From Octopus bimaculoides (taxonomy: Eukaryota), in the NCBI RefSeq assembly GCF_001194135.2, contig NC_068984.1, positions 120,964,843 to 121,015,836 of the forward strand: DNA of 50,994 nt, written 5' to 3'. Shown piece by piece: positions 12,604 to 24,665 of the stretch. Within the stretch, counting starts at the first letter, position 1. Every line of letters starts with the position of its first letter. The notes below the pieces were generated by a model. It searched no databases. It was given only the letters and a program-made list of their open reading frames with translations, and was not told the DNA's origin. The translations under genes were made by a program, and so were the position numbers.

Positions 12604-15600
12604 CAGTAAATGTGATCCCTAAATTCACCCAGGTTATGAAATCCACTAAGTCCAAATTTAATTTTCATTTCTCCCGTATCGACGATATAAAATAACATTA
12701 AAATACTGAGATCGATATAATCGACACAATCCGTTTTTACAAATAGATGAACTTCTATCCTTTTCAGAAAACAAAATATATTTTAGATGTCTATTTTAAG
12801 ACGTGGATTCGTAAAGAAATCCAAAGAAGATTCGCATTTGATGAAAATGCTAGGTGCTTAAATAATTAGAAGACTCTTTGTTGCTGTTGTTGTTAGCTGT
12901 TACAGTACTGCTTCATTGCCAAGATTGTTTGAATACAAAATTGCTTATCCAAAAACAACACTGGTCAATCACACAGTAGCCAACTACTCTGATCTGAGTG
13001 CTATAGTTTTAATGATTGGATTACAGTCAATTATATTTTTACCAATAATTGGAAACTACCGCAGTAGGCTTACTAACCAATTCCTCTGAGTGACAGAATT
13101 AGAGAGAGAGAGAGAGAGGGAGGAGAGAGAGTGAGGGGGAGGAGAGAGAGAGAGAGCATCTATGTGTGTATATGTATATTTGTATACAACAACTATATAA
13201 TGTGTATGCATCATATGTATGCGTTAAAAATGCATATATGTATTATGTAAACGAAGCGTATGATATGGTGCCTTTCTGTTACTGTTTTTGTGTCATTGGA
13301 AGCATTTTTATCATTGACACAAGGAGTTGATGGAATTCTTATACAGCTGAGAATGCATCTATTAATTATAGGCCGTGTGCTTATTTTCAGAAACCAGTCT
13401 AGAAATATTTCAAACAAGTATTTATATTATTAGTTTATTTATAGTATAGAATTATTTTAGTCGAATAGTCGATTTATTTTATTAACGATCTAGAGTATGA
13501 AGAGCAACAGCTATGACCTTTGCACAACTTCTCAGTCTGGTGATATAGCTTACGAATGGTTGTAGAACAGCTCGTCTATGAAAGAAATCATTGAGGAGAG
13601 AATTAAAACAAACGTTTCAGTTCTGGTCTAAGAAGGATTGGAGAAAGTAACTAGTGCGGTATCTGAAGGGTAAAACACTTTAGGGGTAGCAAGAACAGAA
13701 AAGACAAATGTGTCGGCAACTAGGTAGCTGACAAGAACAATAGTCGATCTAGACCGGACAGAAACCAGAAAATAGGCATGGCAGTGAGTTGTTTGCACTA
13801 GTGAGTAAATCTCTGCCATATAGTCTTTTGGGTGAGGTTCCGAATATTCGTGTATGCAGTAGCTGCACTAGCTGTAGTAATAGCAGCAGCAGTAGCAGTA
13901 GCAGGAGTAGAAACAATAGCGAGAATGACCCAGATAGAGGAACAGTCCTTCAATATATGTATCATTTTTGTTTTGTAGAGGAGAGAAACTGATCAGAGCT
14001 GAAGTGGTTCCTGTTCTTACAAGGGCTTCCTAGTCTCTCGAGCAAAGGTTTGGCAATATTGTATGTGTTAGGGTGTCATAAAAAAATAAAAAGAATGCTA
14101 TGAAACACTCTCGTTAGAGAGATGACTGCTTACAGAGCCAGGTTGATTACGAAATGATGGTTAGGGCATTATGAAATCTTAACAAGAATTCTTTTAACAA
14201 CGGACAAATAGCACTGTTACAAATTGGAATATAGGAAAATCTGTAGGTTGCAGAGTGCACAAAGGTGTATCCTTTGATACCTTGGTTGTTGATTTGCTGA
14301 CACGCTTTGGTGAAGGAGCATCACAAATTCGATAATTATTGGTGAATGCATTCGGGTATTATAAACAATGTTATTTTCATGCAGTTTCAACATTAACGTA
14401 ATTATATTCCAGGGAAGGGTCCAGTCATTTGAATAGCTGTGTGGAAAGGGTAGCAAGTGAATCATCTTTTGCTGCTGGAGCTAATCGTCATAGATTACTT
14501 AGTGTTTACACTTAGCTCGTGTAATATATTATCAGGTTAAGTAGCCCATCTTTCAGTGAATGACGGCTATTTTCTCCATCATTTGTAATATAAAAATGTA
14601 AATATTCGAAGATATTTAATCTGACGTTCTACTGATTCAGTGAATTCAACGTTTTTCTAGTTCGCCACCGTCTCACCCTTCTTAGTATTACTGCAGTCCC
14701 ACCACTAGAAATTATTGAAATTTTTCAGATTAATTCAAGCAAAATGAATTTCTTGTTCTGTAAAATTTAAGAGCCACGAATTAACTAAGACTCAGCTTAT
14801 TAGAGAAACGAATAATATCAAATAGAGACAAAATTAATCACCACATTCAATTCTCAAACTGTTGAATTATCTTGGTTGAATTATCCAGAGTTGATTTCTC
14901 ATCTTTTGATTGCAAACAATTTATTATAAACTACCGACTTAATAAGCTCGCATCCTCATGGAATTTAACAGGTATGTATTTATAATTATTGTAAGTAATG
15001 TAATATTGAATTGTAGAATAGGTTGGCAGTTATACAAAATGCCTTTTTGCATTTAAGTTCCCTTTAATTCTCATATTAAAAATTCTAATTAATCACTTTC
15101 ACAGGCCTTTGTTTCCCATTGATTATGGTTACCTCCATGTTTAATGGATGAATAAGAAATCTCTGAATAAAGACACTAATCTATCGCATATTGCTCAAAC
15201 TGCATTTGGAACTGAACTCAAAACTATAAGGCAATGGATTTACAATCCTCCCGTGTATTTCACTGTAATGATCGATTATATAACATGGTGATATTGATGT
15301 CACTCGTGCAAAACCCGAAAATTTACAGGAAAATTTATGTTGAAAAGAAGTGGGCAGAGATGGGTCTGGCTCAAAGCTTGTAGTAGAGTGATCTCCAATA
15401 AAAATACTACAATGACGAGGTGGAGACATTTAACATGGCAGGCTGATTGGCCATTAGGACTTTGAAAGCTCATAGTTTTGTTTATGAACAGTTCGTACTA
15501 CCAGTAACAAGAAACAAACCATCAACCCCTTGCTTGGTTGTCGGTTAACACTAACTAGATTATCTGAACTTTTGTTTTAATACAGTAATAAATATTAAAG

Positions 15601-15650
15601 ATGTTATCTTTAATTTATTTTTTAATCAATTTCTTTTATTTTATTTTCAG

Positions 15651-16243
15651 TGTGCAATGCCACGCAACCAACAGATGTAATATTTATGATCAGCAGAAAT
15701 CGATTTGGCCAATGGAAAACTAATAAGATTCTCCAAGTAGCTTCTGAGCTTATTAAAAGACTTGGTGCCGGAGGCCCTTTCCAAATTGGTGTTACTTTTG
15801 ACGAATGTCCTGCAGACCAAGATATATCAGTCGGTTCAATTGATGACACAAATGAACTTATCGAGCGAATGATGAGCGTTAAGTCCAGACCATTAAGTAG
15901 TATGTTCCGACGAATTCATGAAGATATATTTTCCAGCGGTGGATCATATTCATCAACAGGTGGGGATGCTCGTAAGGTCGCCTTCGTTTTTATCGACAGT
16001 AGTGTAGAATTGGACGAACGTGACCTTTCAGATGAGATAAAAAAAGTTTTATTGGATGGAATCAGTATCTACGCAGTTGCAATAGGCGAGGATATACATA
16101 TGCCACTTTTATACAGACATGTTGCCAAAGGGGAAAACGTTATTACAGTAAACTCCTACGACACCCTGAAAGATTCTTTGCCATCGCGTTTTATAAGTAG
16201 AATCTGTACACGTGCCGCCTCTTCAGGTTTCTTTTCATTGTAG
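15651..16243 (+). CDS. Gene A vWFA domain exon 2 (MIDAS degenerate), probable terminal coding exon
   Basis: Acceptor ttattttcag| at 15650. Phase 1 joins the previous exon (T+TG=Leu). vWFA strand/helix pattern DVIFMIS...FQIGVTF...RKVAFVFID...IYAVAIG...RIC, with stop TAG at 16241-16243 followed by AT-rich UTR-like sequence. Confidence 0.88.
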
Positions 16244-16797
16244 AATATATATATACTATGTTTCGAAAGTTCATCAATTGCTTCCACAGACAACTTTCAC
16301 ACAAGTATTTTAAACTCCATTTTAGGAGATAAACCTTTATTGTTTGAAATTACAATCACAGAAAAGAAAAAGACACAAAAATGACACAACTAGAAACAAG
16401 CAGCAAAATTGGAAGCTGAAAATATAGAACTGTTTTTCTTTCGTATGCTTAACATTTCTATGGGATATTTTTTTATATTTTCATATATACAAAACTGTTT
16501 GTACTTTATTACAATTTGTACTTTATCGACAATAGTCGTACTTTTTCACCTTCTTCCAATTTATTTTAATACTAAATATGTTCTTCGAAAATAAAAAGAA
16601 TGGTAAATCAACGTCGTTTAAAACATGAACGAGGAAGATTGAACAAAAATGCAAGATTACGATACAACAGTTTGTCAAAGCCACGTGTTAATACTGTAAA
16701 AAAAAAATGGGCCTTGTGAATGTGTCACCTTTATACAAGTTGCTTCAATGGCTTTGTGAATAATTTCCATGGTACGTGTGTAAGAATTAAACTTTTT

Positions 16798-16803
16798 AAT
16801 AAA
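16798..16803 (+). promoter_or_regulatory. Candidate polyadenylation signal of gene A
   Basis: AATAAA about 555 nt after the stop, followed by a T/GT-rich tract (tgttggttttgatttg). A second AATAAA lies at 16590-16595. Confidence 0.35.
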
Positions 16804-17504
16804 ATGTTATTTTTGTAATGAGAGATTCCATGATTTCTACTGTTGGTTTTGATTTGAAACTATTGCTCTTATCATATGTTTAACAAAATAATTACTTATT
16901 TTACTGACCAACGAATATATTCCTATTTCAGAACATGTTACTATAAACTAGCCTCGTTTGTAGATCTACCATGTTAATATAAATATAGATACATTTTATA
17001 TTTAGAACAAAACAATTGTTCTAAACATCCTGAGATATAAATATATCGCAACACGAAGCCATAATTCATTTCATCACAGGAATTTTCTTATCTTTCCGAC
17101 AAACAGTTGTTGGAATACAATAGGATATAGCAATGTTTTGTTAATAATATGGCTCCCAGAAGTGAATTTGTCCATTGTAGGAACTGAATCATTAGCAGTT
17201 ATACTAACAATTTATGTTCCTATGAAATCCTGTAATTAACAGAGAAAGTGAAAGGCTAATTCTGCATTTTTTCCTAGAAAGAATGAAATTCGAAGCTATA
17301 ATCAGCTTCAGCAAACACTTATAAGATACGGATGGTACAAATATAGCATTGTGTATTAAACCAAACTGGTGTAAAAGATCTCATCACAACATATTTATAA
17401 TGATTATTGATTCAAAGTGTACGTGATGTATTTCACTTTAAAACTCCTTACAGACAAACACACGTACGCACTCTCACACACATACGCGCGCGCACGCTTG
17501 AAGG

Positions 17505-17640
17505 CAGGGCGCAAGAGTGTCTATGTGGTAAGGCAACAACGTGGCTTCGGTTTTTACTTCCACTATACAGGACAAGTGTCGTCTATTAACTACGGCCTCG
17601 AGCAACCAATAACTTGTGAGAATTTCGTAGTAGAAAGTGT
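17505..17640 (+). mobile_element. Degenerate SINE family C 5' half
   Basis: gagtgtctatgtggtaag...ggacaagtgtcgtcta...cttgtgag, followed by (TG)n. Confidence 0.5.
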
Positions 17641-17647
17641 TTATATA

Positions 17648-17704
<57 letters not shown>

Positions 17705-17744
17705 TGTGTGTGTGTGTGTGTAGGCTTACACACACACATACATA

Positions 17745-17776
<32 letters not shown>

Positions 17777-18758
17777 CGTTTATGAATTTGTTTTCCCCGA
17801 TTCTTGATGTGAAATCATCTGTTGAAACATATATCATTATTATATTTCGAGATGGTCATTTTTTTCTTGAAAAATAAACACACGCACTATATATTCGTTC
17901 TACACACTATACAAAGACAGAATGGTGTAAACAGAACTGGAGGAGACATGTGAGATGGAAGAGTCGCTGAAGCGATCACAGGTGTGTGACGAAATATTTC
18001 CAGACAATAGACATAAAATAAAACAAAGACAATAATAAATGAGTGAAAAACGAATACGTAGTGCCTGCGTTTATTGACAAAGACAATGATCATCCCGAAA
18101 TATAACAATATAACGTACACTCTACTGTTAAGTATACGTTAGTACTCTATCTCTTCTTGAGATTTTATAACTACCTACTTTGCTTCTTGCTAATCAGTGA
18201 TCGATGGTCATTATGTGTACAATATATCGCTGGCAGAAGCGGATCTTGGCTATCACTCTATTGTGTAGGTGCGCACCACTGACGAAGAGCCAGCTAACTC
18301 GAAATTGGGCCAGTCGTGCGATCCTGTTAACTGATGAAGGTTAGTAGGTGTTCGCCCCTCTTGTTAGCGATATATTGTATGTAAAGGATGCAGAATATTG
18401 CATCAAAAACCAGCTGGCTGAGAATCTGCCTGGGGTTAAACTAGTAGTAAAATTCACCTGCTACTTTGATGTGGCAACTCGCTCTACTATATATATANNN
18501 NNNNNNNNNNNNNNNNNNNNNNNNNNNNNNNNNNNNNNNNNNNNNNNNNNNNNNNNNNNNNNNNNNNNNNNNNNNNNNNNNNNNNNNNNNNNNNNNNNNN
18601 NNNNNNNNNNNNNNNNNNNNNNNNNNNNNNNNNNNNNNNNNNNNNNNNNNNNNNNNNNNNNNNNNNNNNNNNNNNNNNNNNNNNNNNNNNNNNNNNNNNN
18701 NNNNNNNNNNNNNNNTATATATATATATATATATATCCAAGGATGGATGTACTTGCGT

Positions 18759-19644
18759 GTGAGAGTGTGTAACTAGATATAATATAGATGTAAACCTATA
18801 TTTACATGCATGTATGTATGCATCATTCTATGCATTATGTAATTTGTTTCCTTATCGTTGGTCAGTCGTCACAGTTGATACACTCCAGACCCCGCAAAAA
18901 GACTTTGTTTTTGATGTATGCAATTTAACTATACTTAACAGAGGTTAGTGATTCTAATAAACATTGGCTGCGATAAGGAGAGGACAAATTACCAAAACAT
19001 ACACAATCAGAACAGGAGATCATCAACGAGTGAAAAACACGTAAACAAGCAACAAGCAAACGAGACAAGCACGGGACAAATTACCAAAAGAAGCCGAACC
19101 TCTCCTCAGTTGTCGACTGTTAATTAGTACCTATTTCGAGCTTTCAACGACAACATAGGAAAACTTCATAAACAGTAGCTTCTAGAAATTTTGGAATATA
19201 AAATTTCTGGAGAGTTAGAGCTTCGAAAGAACAAACAATGACAGAGAAGACGTACAGAGTAAACAATCGACGAAAACAAACATTAAGGGCCGTGAGGCCC
19301 TTAATGTAATGCGTAACGCCTGGGAGAAATTTTGAAAGGATATAGAATAAATCCAAGCGAAGGAAATAGTAGAAGAGAAAAAGAGGTGAAAAATGGAGAT
19401 AGAAAATTACGTCCAGCTAAGAGAGTGAGAGTGTGTATCTAGATATAATACAGATGTAAATCTATATTTACATGTATGTATGTATTTATGTATGTATCAT
19501 TCTATACATTATGTAATTCGTTTTCTTATCGTTGGTCGGTCGTGACAGTTGATACACTCCAGACCCTGCAAAAAGACTTCGTTTTTGATGTATGCAACTT
19601 AACTGTACATAACAGAGGTTAATGAGTGTAATTAACATTGACTG
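18759..19644. repeat. About 215-bp diverged direct repeats (18759-18970 and 19425-19644) around a 454-bp spacer
   Basis: Shared blocks such as cttatcgttggtc.gtcgt.acagttgatacactccagaccc and gtttttgatgtatgcaa.ttaact. Confidence 0.85.
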
Positions 19645-20971
19645 TTGTTTGGAATATATCGGATGCGAGATCGAAGGCTCCAATTCTGGAGGTTCGGACA
19701 TTTATAATAGAAGAATTTTCTAATACTGACTAGAACTATAAATAGATACCTGCCATATTGAATCTTTTAGGTTTATGTTTGTTTGTAATGTCCTAGAAGT
19801 TGTTGTATATTCAAGGGTGTGTTCTAAGTGCACGAACCTATATCCTTTAGATAGATGAGTGATAGAGTAGCCACGACTAAAGAACTTCTTGTTCCAGTCA
19901 TAACTAGTATCCCTCAAGGAGGGAACTATACTGGAATCTTAGCAATTTAAAGCAGTATGAAAATCTTCAAGTTTTACTTTTCTCCATCAAAAAATTGATT
20001 CGGTGTGTCTCTCATGATGATATTGGACAGTTTCTGTATTTAATCTACGCATTCTAACTATATATAAAGTTTTAGAAATTTTCCTTAAGAATAATGGTTA
20101 GATTAAAATAAATACACGCTGTAAACAGTCCATTAGCTTCCATCTTTCTTTGGAGTGAGCTTCTGCCTGAAAGAATTTTCGTCTATTTTCCTATATATAA
20201 AATAAATTGTTAGTCTGAACGCCAAGTATGGTTACCGATGACAAACCAATATAAGATAAAATAACTTTTAAAATGACACGCCTTTCTGCTTAGTCACAGA
20301 AAGATAATCAAGCACTGTAAGGAGCGTTCAGTCATCAAAGTTATATAAAAGATATGTGATTGTATATATATACTTAAGTAAAATACCACTGATATAAACT
20401 GCAACAAATGTGCTATTCACTTCTGAAAGACCCAAAGTAATTTTGACTTGACAGCTTAGTATACAGTAAATTATGTTGATCTTGCTTTACTCACGAATAA
20501 CATTTACTACAGGATAAACTAGTGTTATGTATCTGCTAAATAAAGAATAGTACTAAGAAATGTAAGATGATGTAAAGTATTAAGATAAATGAATTGAAAC
20601 GGAGAGAATAACACTACAGAAATGATCAGGACAAAAAGACATTATTTCTGAAATTCCCTATGTTTAATTCACTGACCTATATGTGTATATGTGGTGTGGA
20701 GTGTGTGTGTATGTGTGTGTGTGTGTGTGTGTGTATGCGTACGTGCGTGTGTGTGTAGTATGTTTCGTGTGTAAAAATTGGTGTTACTGTTACGTTTAGA
20801 GGTCCACGTGGATTACCATAGTTCAGTCTGCTTCCAGTAGAGTTGTTAAACAACTACTATACTTAGTAGCATTGCTAGTTACGAAATACAGAGCGAATGT
20901 AGGAGAAAGTATGATGAACGCAAGTTAATATTATTAGCTTCTATGTAGTTGCCCCATTATAGTTGTTTAGA

Positions 20972-21144
20972 AACCTACATTGGATGTTCCAAGTGCATTT
21001 GGATGCTTAGTCAGAACGGATCGTCAGGGAACACTTTATTGGATTAAGTTACTAAGAACTAAGGTAACTTAAGGCAATAATGAGTTCCCTGATGATCGAT
21101 TCTGATTAAGCACTCAAATGCATTTGGGACATCCAATGCAGGTT
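20972..21144. repeat. Long inverted repeat: 81-bp arms, 11-nt loop
   Basis: 20972-21052 versus the reverse complement of 21064-21144: ungapped, 68/81 identical. Confidence 0.9.
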
Positions 21145-22117
21145 CCCCAGAGAAACGTATATAGGAACTAATAAAATAAACTTGTGTCTGTATGTATGTC
21201 ATTAATCAGTTTTATTTCAAGATTTCTTGCCAATAAAGAAAGAGCCGGTTTCTAACCTAGATCCAAGGCTCCTTCACTGGAATATCAACAACAAATCAGT
21301 CTCATATATGTTATGCGGTGTTTTCAAAACTGCCATTTCGTGAAAGTATCCAAGCATGTAGCAAATGAAATCTTCACCTAAAGACGTTTTAAAATATTTA
21401 AAAACAGCAACCAAGGGAGATAACAACATTAGGATCAGTCAAACGAAATCTTTTAATAATGCAAATTGGAGCCAAGTAGTGAGGTAAGATGGAAGTAACA
21501 GATATTGATGCAAGAAGAAACCGGTAGACAGAAAAAAAAAACAGATTAATGAATGAGAAAATAGATGAATGGATCAGCTATTATCATCTGTATAAGCGGG
21601 AAATAAATTGATAGAGGTGATAATATTATTTTTCCATATAAAGGAATATTCAACAATTGTCAAAATTACTATATTTCATTTGCTACATACCCGTCACAAT
21701 TACCGCATTTATTACCAGTTTCCCCTTCTTCTCGCTATATTAAAGTCATTCATAATTCTTTTTACGCAAGAATATACCAAATGTCTGCCGGAAATAAAAT
21801 GGAGCTATTCCTCAGCATATGGTAAACTAAGGAATATTAAATCTTTCAACATATGGTAGGTCAAGGAATACTTCCAGTGACATGAATTCCATTTGTGAAT
21901 AGTCGTACGTTGATTAAAGGAGTAAGAGATGAGAAAGAAAGGGTGACAGGAAAGAAACCAATGAATGAATGAATGAATGAATGAATGAATGAACGGTTGT
22001 AACGAATAAGAGAAAGAGACAATGGGGGATTCATACATAAGCAAACACAAACACACCTGCCATTTCCCCCTCTCCCGCCCCCTCTCTCTCAATGCGTATG
22101 TATGTATGTGCTGCATT

Positions 22118-22165
<48 letters not shown>

Positions 22166-22191
22166 AACAAACAAACAAACACACACACATA

Positions 22192-23307
22192 TTGGGTCAT
22201 TCCATAAATAATGCGGTTTTTAATACTTCTTTTATTTTTCAAAATTAAGTTAAAGTTCTTTTCTAATCTAAAATATACCCTCCTTTATTTTCTACAATGC
22301 TCTTCCATCTATCTGGTACATTTGCAAAGCACTCTTCCAAAATTCACTAGTTCGTGACGAAAAATACTCCTCCAGTACTATTCTCACTTCATCTACAGAG
22401 TTCATATTTTTTTCCGTCTGAATGATATTGAAGACTGCGTAATAAATGATAATCAGATGGGGCAATGACCGGCAAATATATTGGGTGGGGCATCGTTTTA
22501 GATTGAAAATGCTCCAGCTTTTGGAATGTCATGCTCGCTGTGTTTAAAGATTCAACGTGGACTAAACCTTTCATACCCCACCAATCATATAACAATACCT
22601 TACATGGGTGAAGACCTTCTTTAGCCTGAGGTGCCAGTGTTTCTCTTTTCCCTACCAACTGTCTTCAGGACTTGACATTTTTATGGAGAACCCATTTCTC
22701 GTCACCAGTCACTATTCGATTAAAAAAAGTTCATTCGTGAAACGCGACAGCAAAGACGAGCACACATTCATTCCTCTTTCTGAGGAACATATTGACTCAA
22801 TTTGCTAACTTTTCCGATGGCACGCAAGTGTCGATGAATGGTTGAATGACCAAATCCAAGCTTCTCTGCTAGTTCCTCAACAGTTGCGATGAGATTTTGT
22901 TCCACCAGGGTCTCACCAGGGTTTTCAGGACGTCCTCGTCAAGCTCTACAGATCTTCCAGGACGAGGTTCGTCTTCTAGGCTGTAGTTTCCGGCTCGAAA
23001 TTTCTGGAACCACCGTTGACACTGGCTTACGCATTTTGTCCGATCCCCATATACTACATTAATATTCCTCGCACTTTCCGTTGCGCTGTTGCCTTTAGCG
23101 TAAAGCAAAATATGCCGAATATGCCCCTTTACCACTTTCATTATAGCTTCGAAAAAATAACTGTTAAAATCGAGCTGCACTCTTCAAACCTTGCACTGAG
23201 AATAAATACAAACTAAAATTACTACCTGCTTTTATAGCAAGCTGATGCAGGTAGTTTATCCCGTCCTCCTCCGACTTTTAATTCATACAATCGAAAAAAC
23301 CGTATTA
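22192..23307 (-). mobile_element. Decayed mariner transposase element
   Basis: Minus-strand motifs QRWFQKFRAGNYSLEDEPRPGRS, RIVTGDEKW and HPIYLPVIAPSDYHLLRSLQ. TIR TTGGGTCATTCCATAAATAATGCGGTTTT at 22192 after TA; only the inner 12 bp of the other TIR are visible (23296-23307). Confidence 0.88.
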
Positions 23308-23346
23308 CACAAACACATACATGTGTGTGTGTGTGTGTGTGTGTGT

Positions 23347-24179
23347 NNNNNNNNNNNNNNNNNNNNNNNNNNNNNNNNNNNNNNNNNNNNNNNNNNNNNN
23401 NNNNNNNNNNNNNNNNNNNNNNNNNNNNNNNNNNNNNNNNNNNNNNNNNNNNNNNNNNNNNNNNNNNNNNNNNNNNNNNNNNNNNNNNNNNNNNNNNNNN
23501 NNNNNNNNNNNNNNNNNNNNNNNNNNNNNNNNNNNNNNNNNNNNNNNNNNNNNNNNNNNNNNNNNNNNNNNNNNNNNNNNNNNNNNNNNNNNNNNNNNNN
23601 NNNNNNNNNNNNNNNNNNNNNNNNNNNNNNNNNNNNNNNNNNNNNNNNNNNNNNNNNNNNNNNNNNNNNNNNNNNNNNNNNNNNNNNNNNNNNNNNNNNN
23701 NNNNNNNNNNNNNNNNNNNNNNNNNNNNNNNNNNNNNNNNNNNNNNNNNNNNNNNNNNNNNNNNNNNNNNNNNNNNNNNNNNNNNNNNNNNNNNNNNNNN
23801 NNNNNNNNNNNNNNNNNNNNNNNNNNNNNNNNNNNNNNNNNNNNNNNNNNNNNNNNNNNNNNNNNNNNNNNNNNNNNNNNNNNNNNNNNNNNNNNNNNNN
23901 NNNNNNNNNNNNNNNNNNNNNNNNNNNNNNNNNNNNNNNNNNNNNNNNNNNNNNNNNNNNNNNNNNNNNNNNNNNNNNNNNNNNNNNNNNNNNNNNNNNN
24001 NNNNNNNNNNNNNNNNNNNNNNNNNNNNNNNNNNNNNNNNNNNNNNNNNNNNNNNNNNNNNNNNNNNNNNNNNNNNNNNNNNNNNNNNNNNNNNNNNNNN
24101 NNNNNNNNNNNNNNNNNNNNNNNNNNNNNNNNNNNNNNNNNNNNNNNNNNNNNNNNNNNNNNNNNNNNNNNNNNNNNNN
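23347..24179. other. Assembly gap (largest of 8: also 18498-18715, 27491-28043, 32677-32828, 38850-39406, 44989-44998, 45662-46029, 48461-48815)
   Basis: Runs of N, mostly flanked by (TA)n or (AC)n; exons could be hidden inside. Confidence 0.99.
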
Positions 24180-24430
24180 CAGCGCATGTCTGCGCATCAT
24201 CAACCACGGCATACCCAGCCCTCCATTTAGCGGCTGTTGACAGCAAATGGATCGCCTAACCATCGGAACGCTTCCTTTCCACAAGAAGCGGAAGAGTATG
24301 CGTTCCAGTTTGGTGATGGTAGGGTCGGGACAAGGCACGACAGTCAGACGGTATTCGATGACGGATGCAATGTACGCGTTCGCCACCTCCGCCCGACCTT
24401 TTAGGGATAGCTTCCTCTCGGCCCATTGCC

Positions 24431-24433
<3 letters not shown>
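24180..24433 (-). mobile_element. Tx1/L1-clade LINE ORF2 fragment (post-RT region)
   Basis: Open frame WAERKLSLKGRAEVANAYIASVIEYRL...LFRFLWKG...QPLNGGLGMP, GC-rich relative to flanks, running into the N-gap. Confidence 0.82.
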
Positions 24434-24489
<56 letters not shown>

Positions 24490-24625
24490 GCATAGTAGGA
24501 GAAAATGACTGAAAAGAGAGAATAATACATCCCGCTTTTCTATCTATTTATTTACTATATGTACCTCTATCTCTCATTATCTCTCTGTCTCTCTCTGTCT
24601 CCCTTTCTGTGTCTCTCTCTGCATT

Positions 24626-24665
<40 letters not shown>

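Noticed and set aside
13391-13417. 27-nt segment with ttattttcag acceptor and gtattt donor between the two gene A vWFA exons
   Set aside because: Joining to the upstream exon creates T+AA = stop.
13560-14500. GC-richer stretch that may be a decayed LINE endonuclease region
   Set aside because: No motif could be read with confidence in any frame.
14947-14971. Strong-looking donor CAG|gtatgt at 14972
   Set aside because: No acceptor gives an exon compatible with the phase-1 frame.
17278-17334. 57-nt segment with branch point, cctag acceptor and gtacaa donor
   Set aside because: Open only in phase 2-2, lies past the gene A stop, and no partner exons were found.
19080-19160. Minus-strand CTGAGGAG and GAAA motifs suggesting a Penelope-type hammerhead ribozyme
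   Set aside because: The helices occur in the wrong order and the cleavage-site base would be G; no canonical fold could be built.
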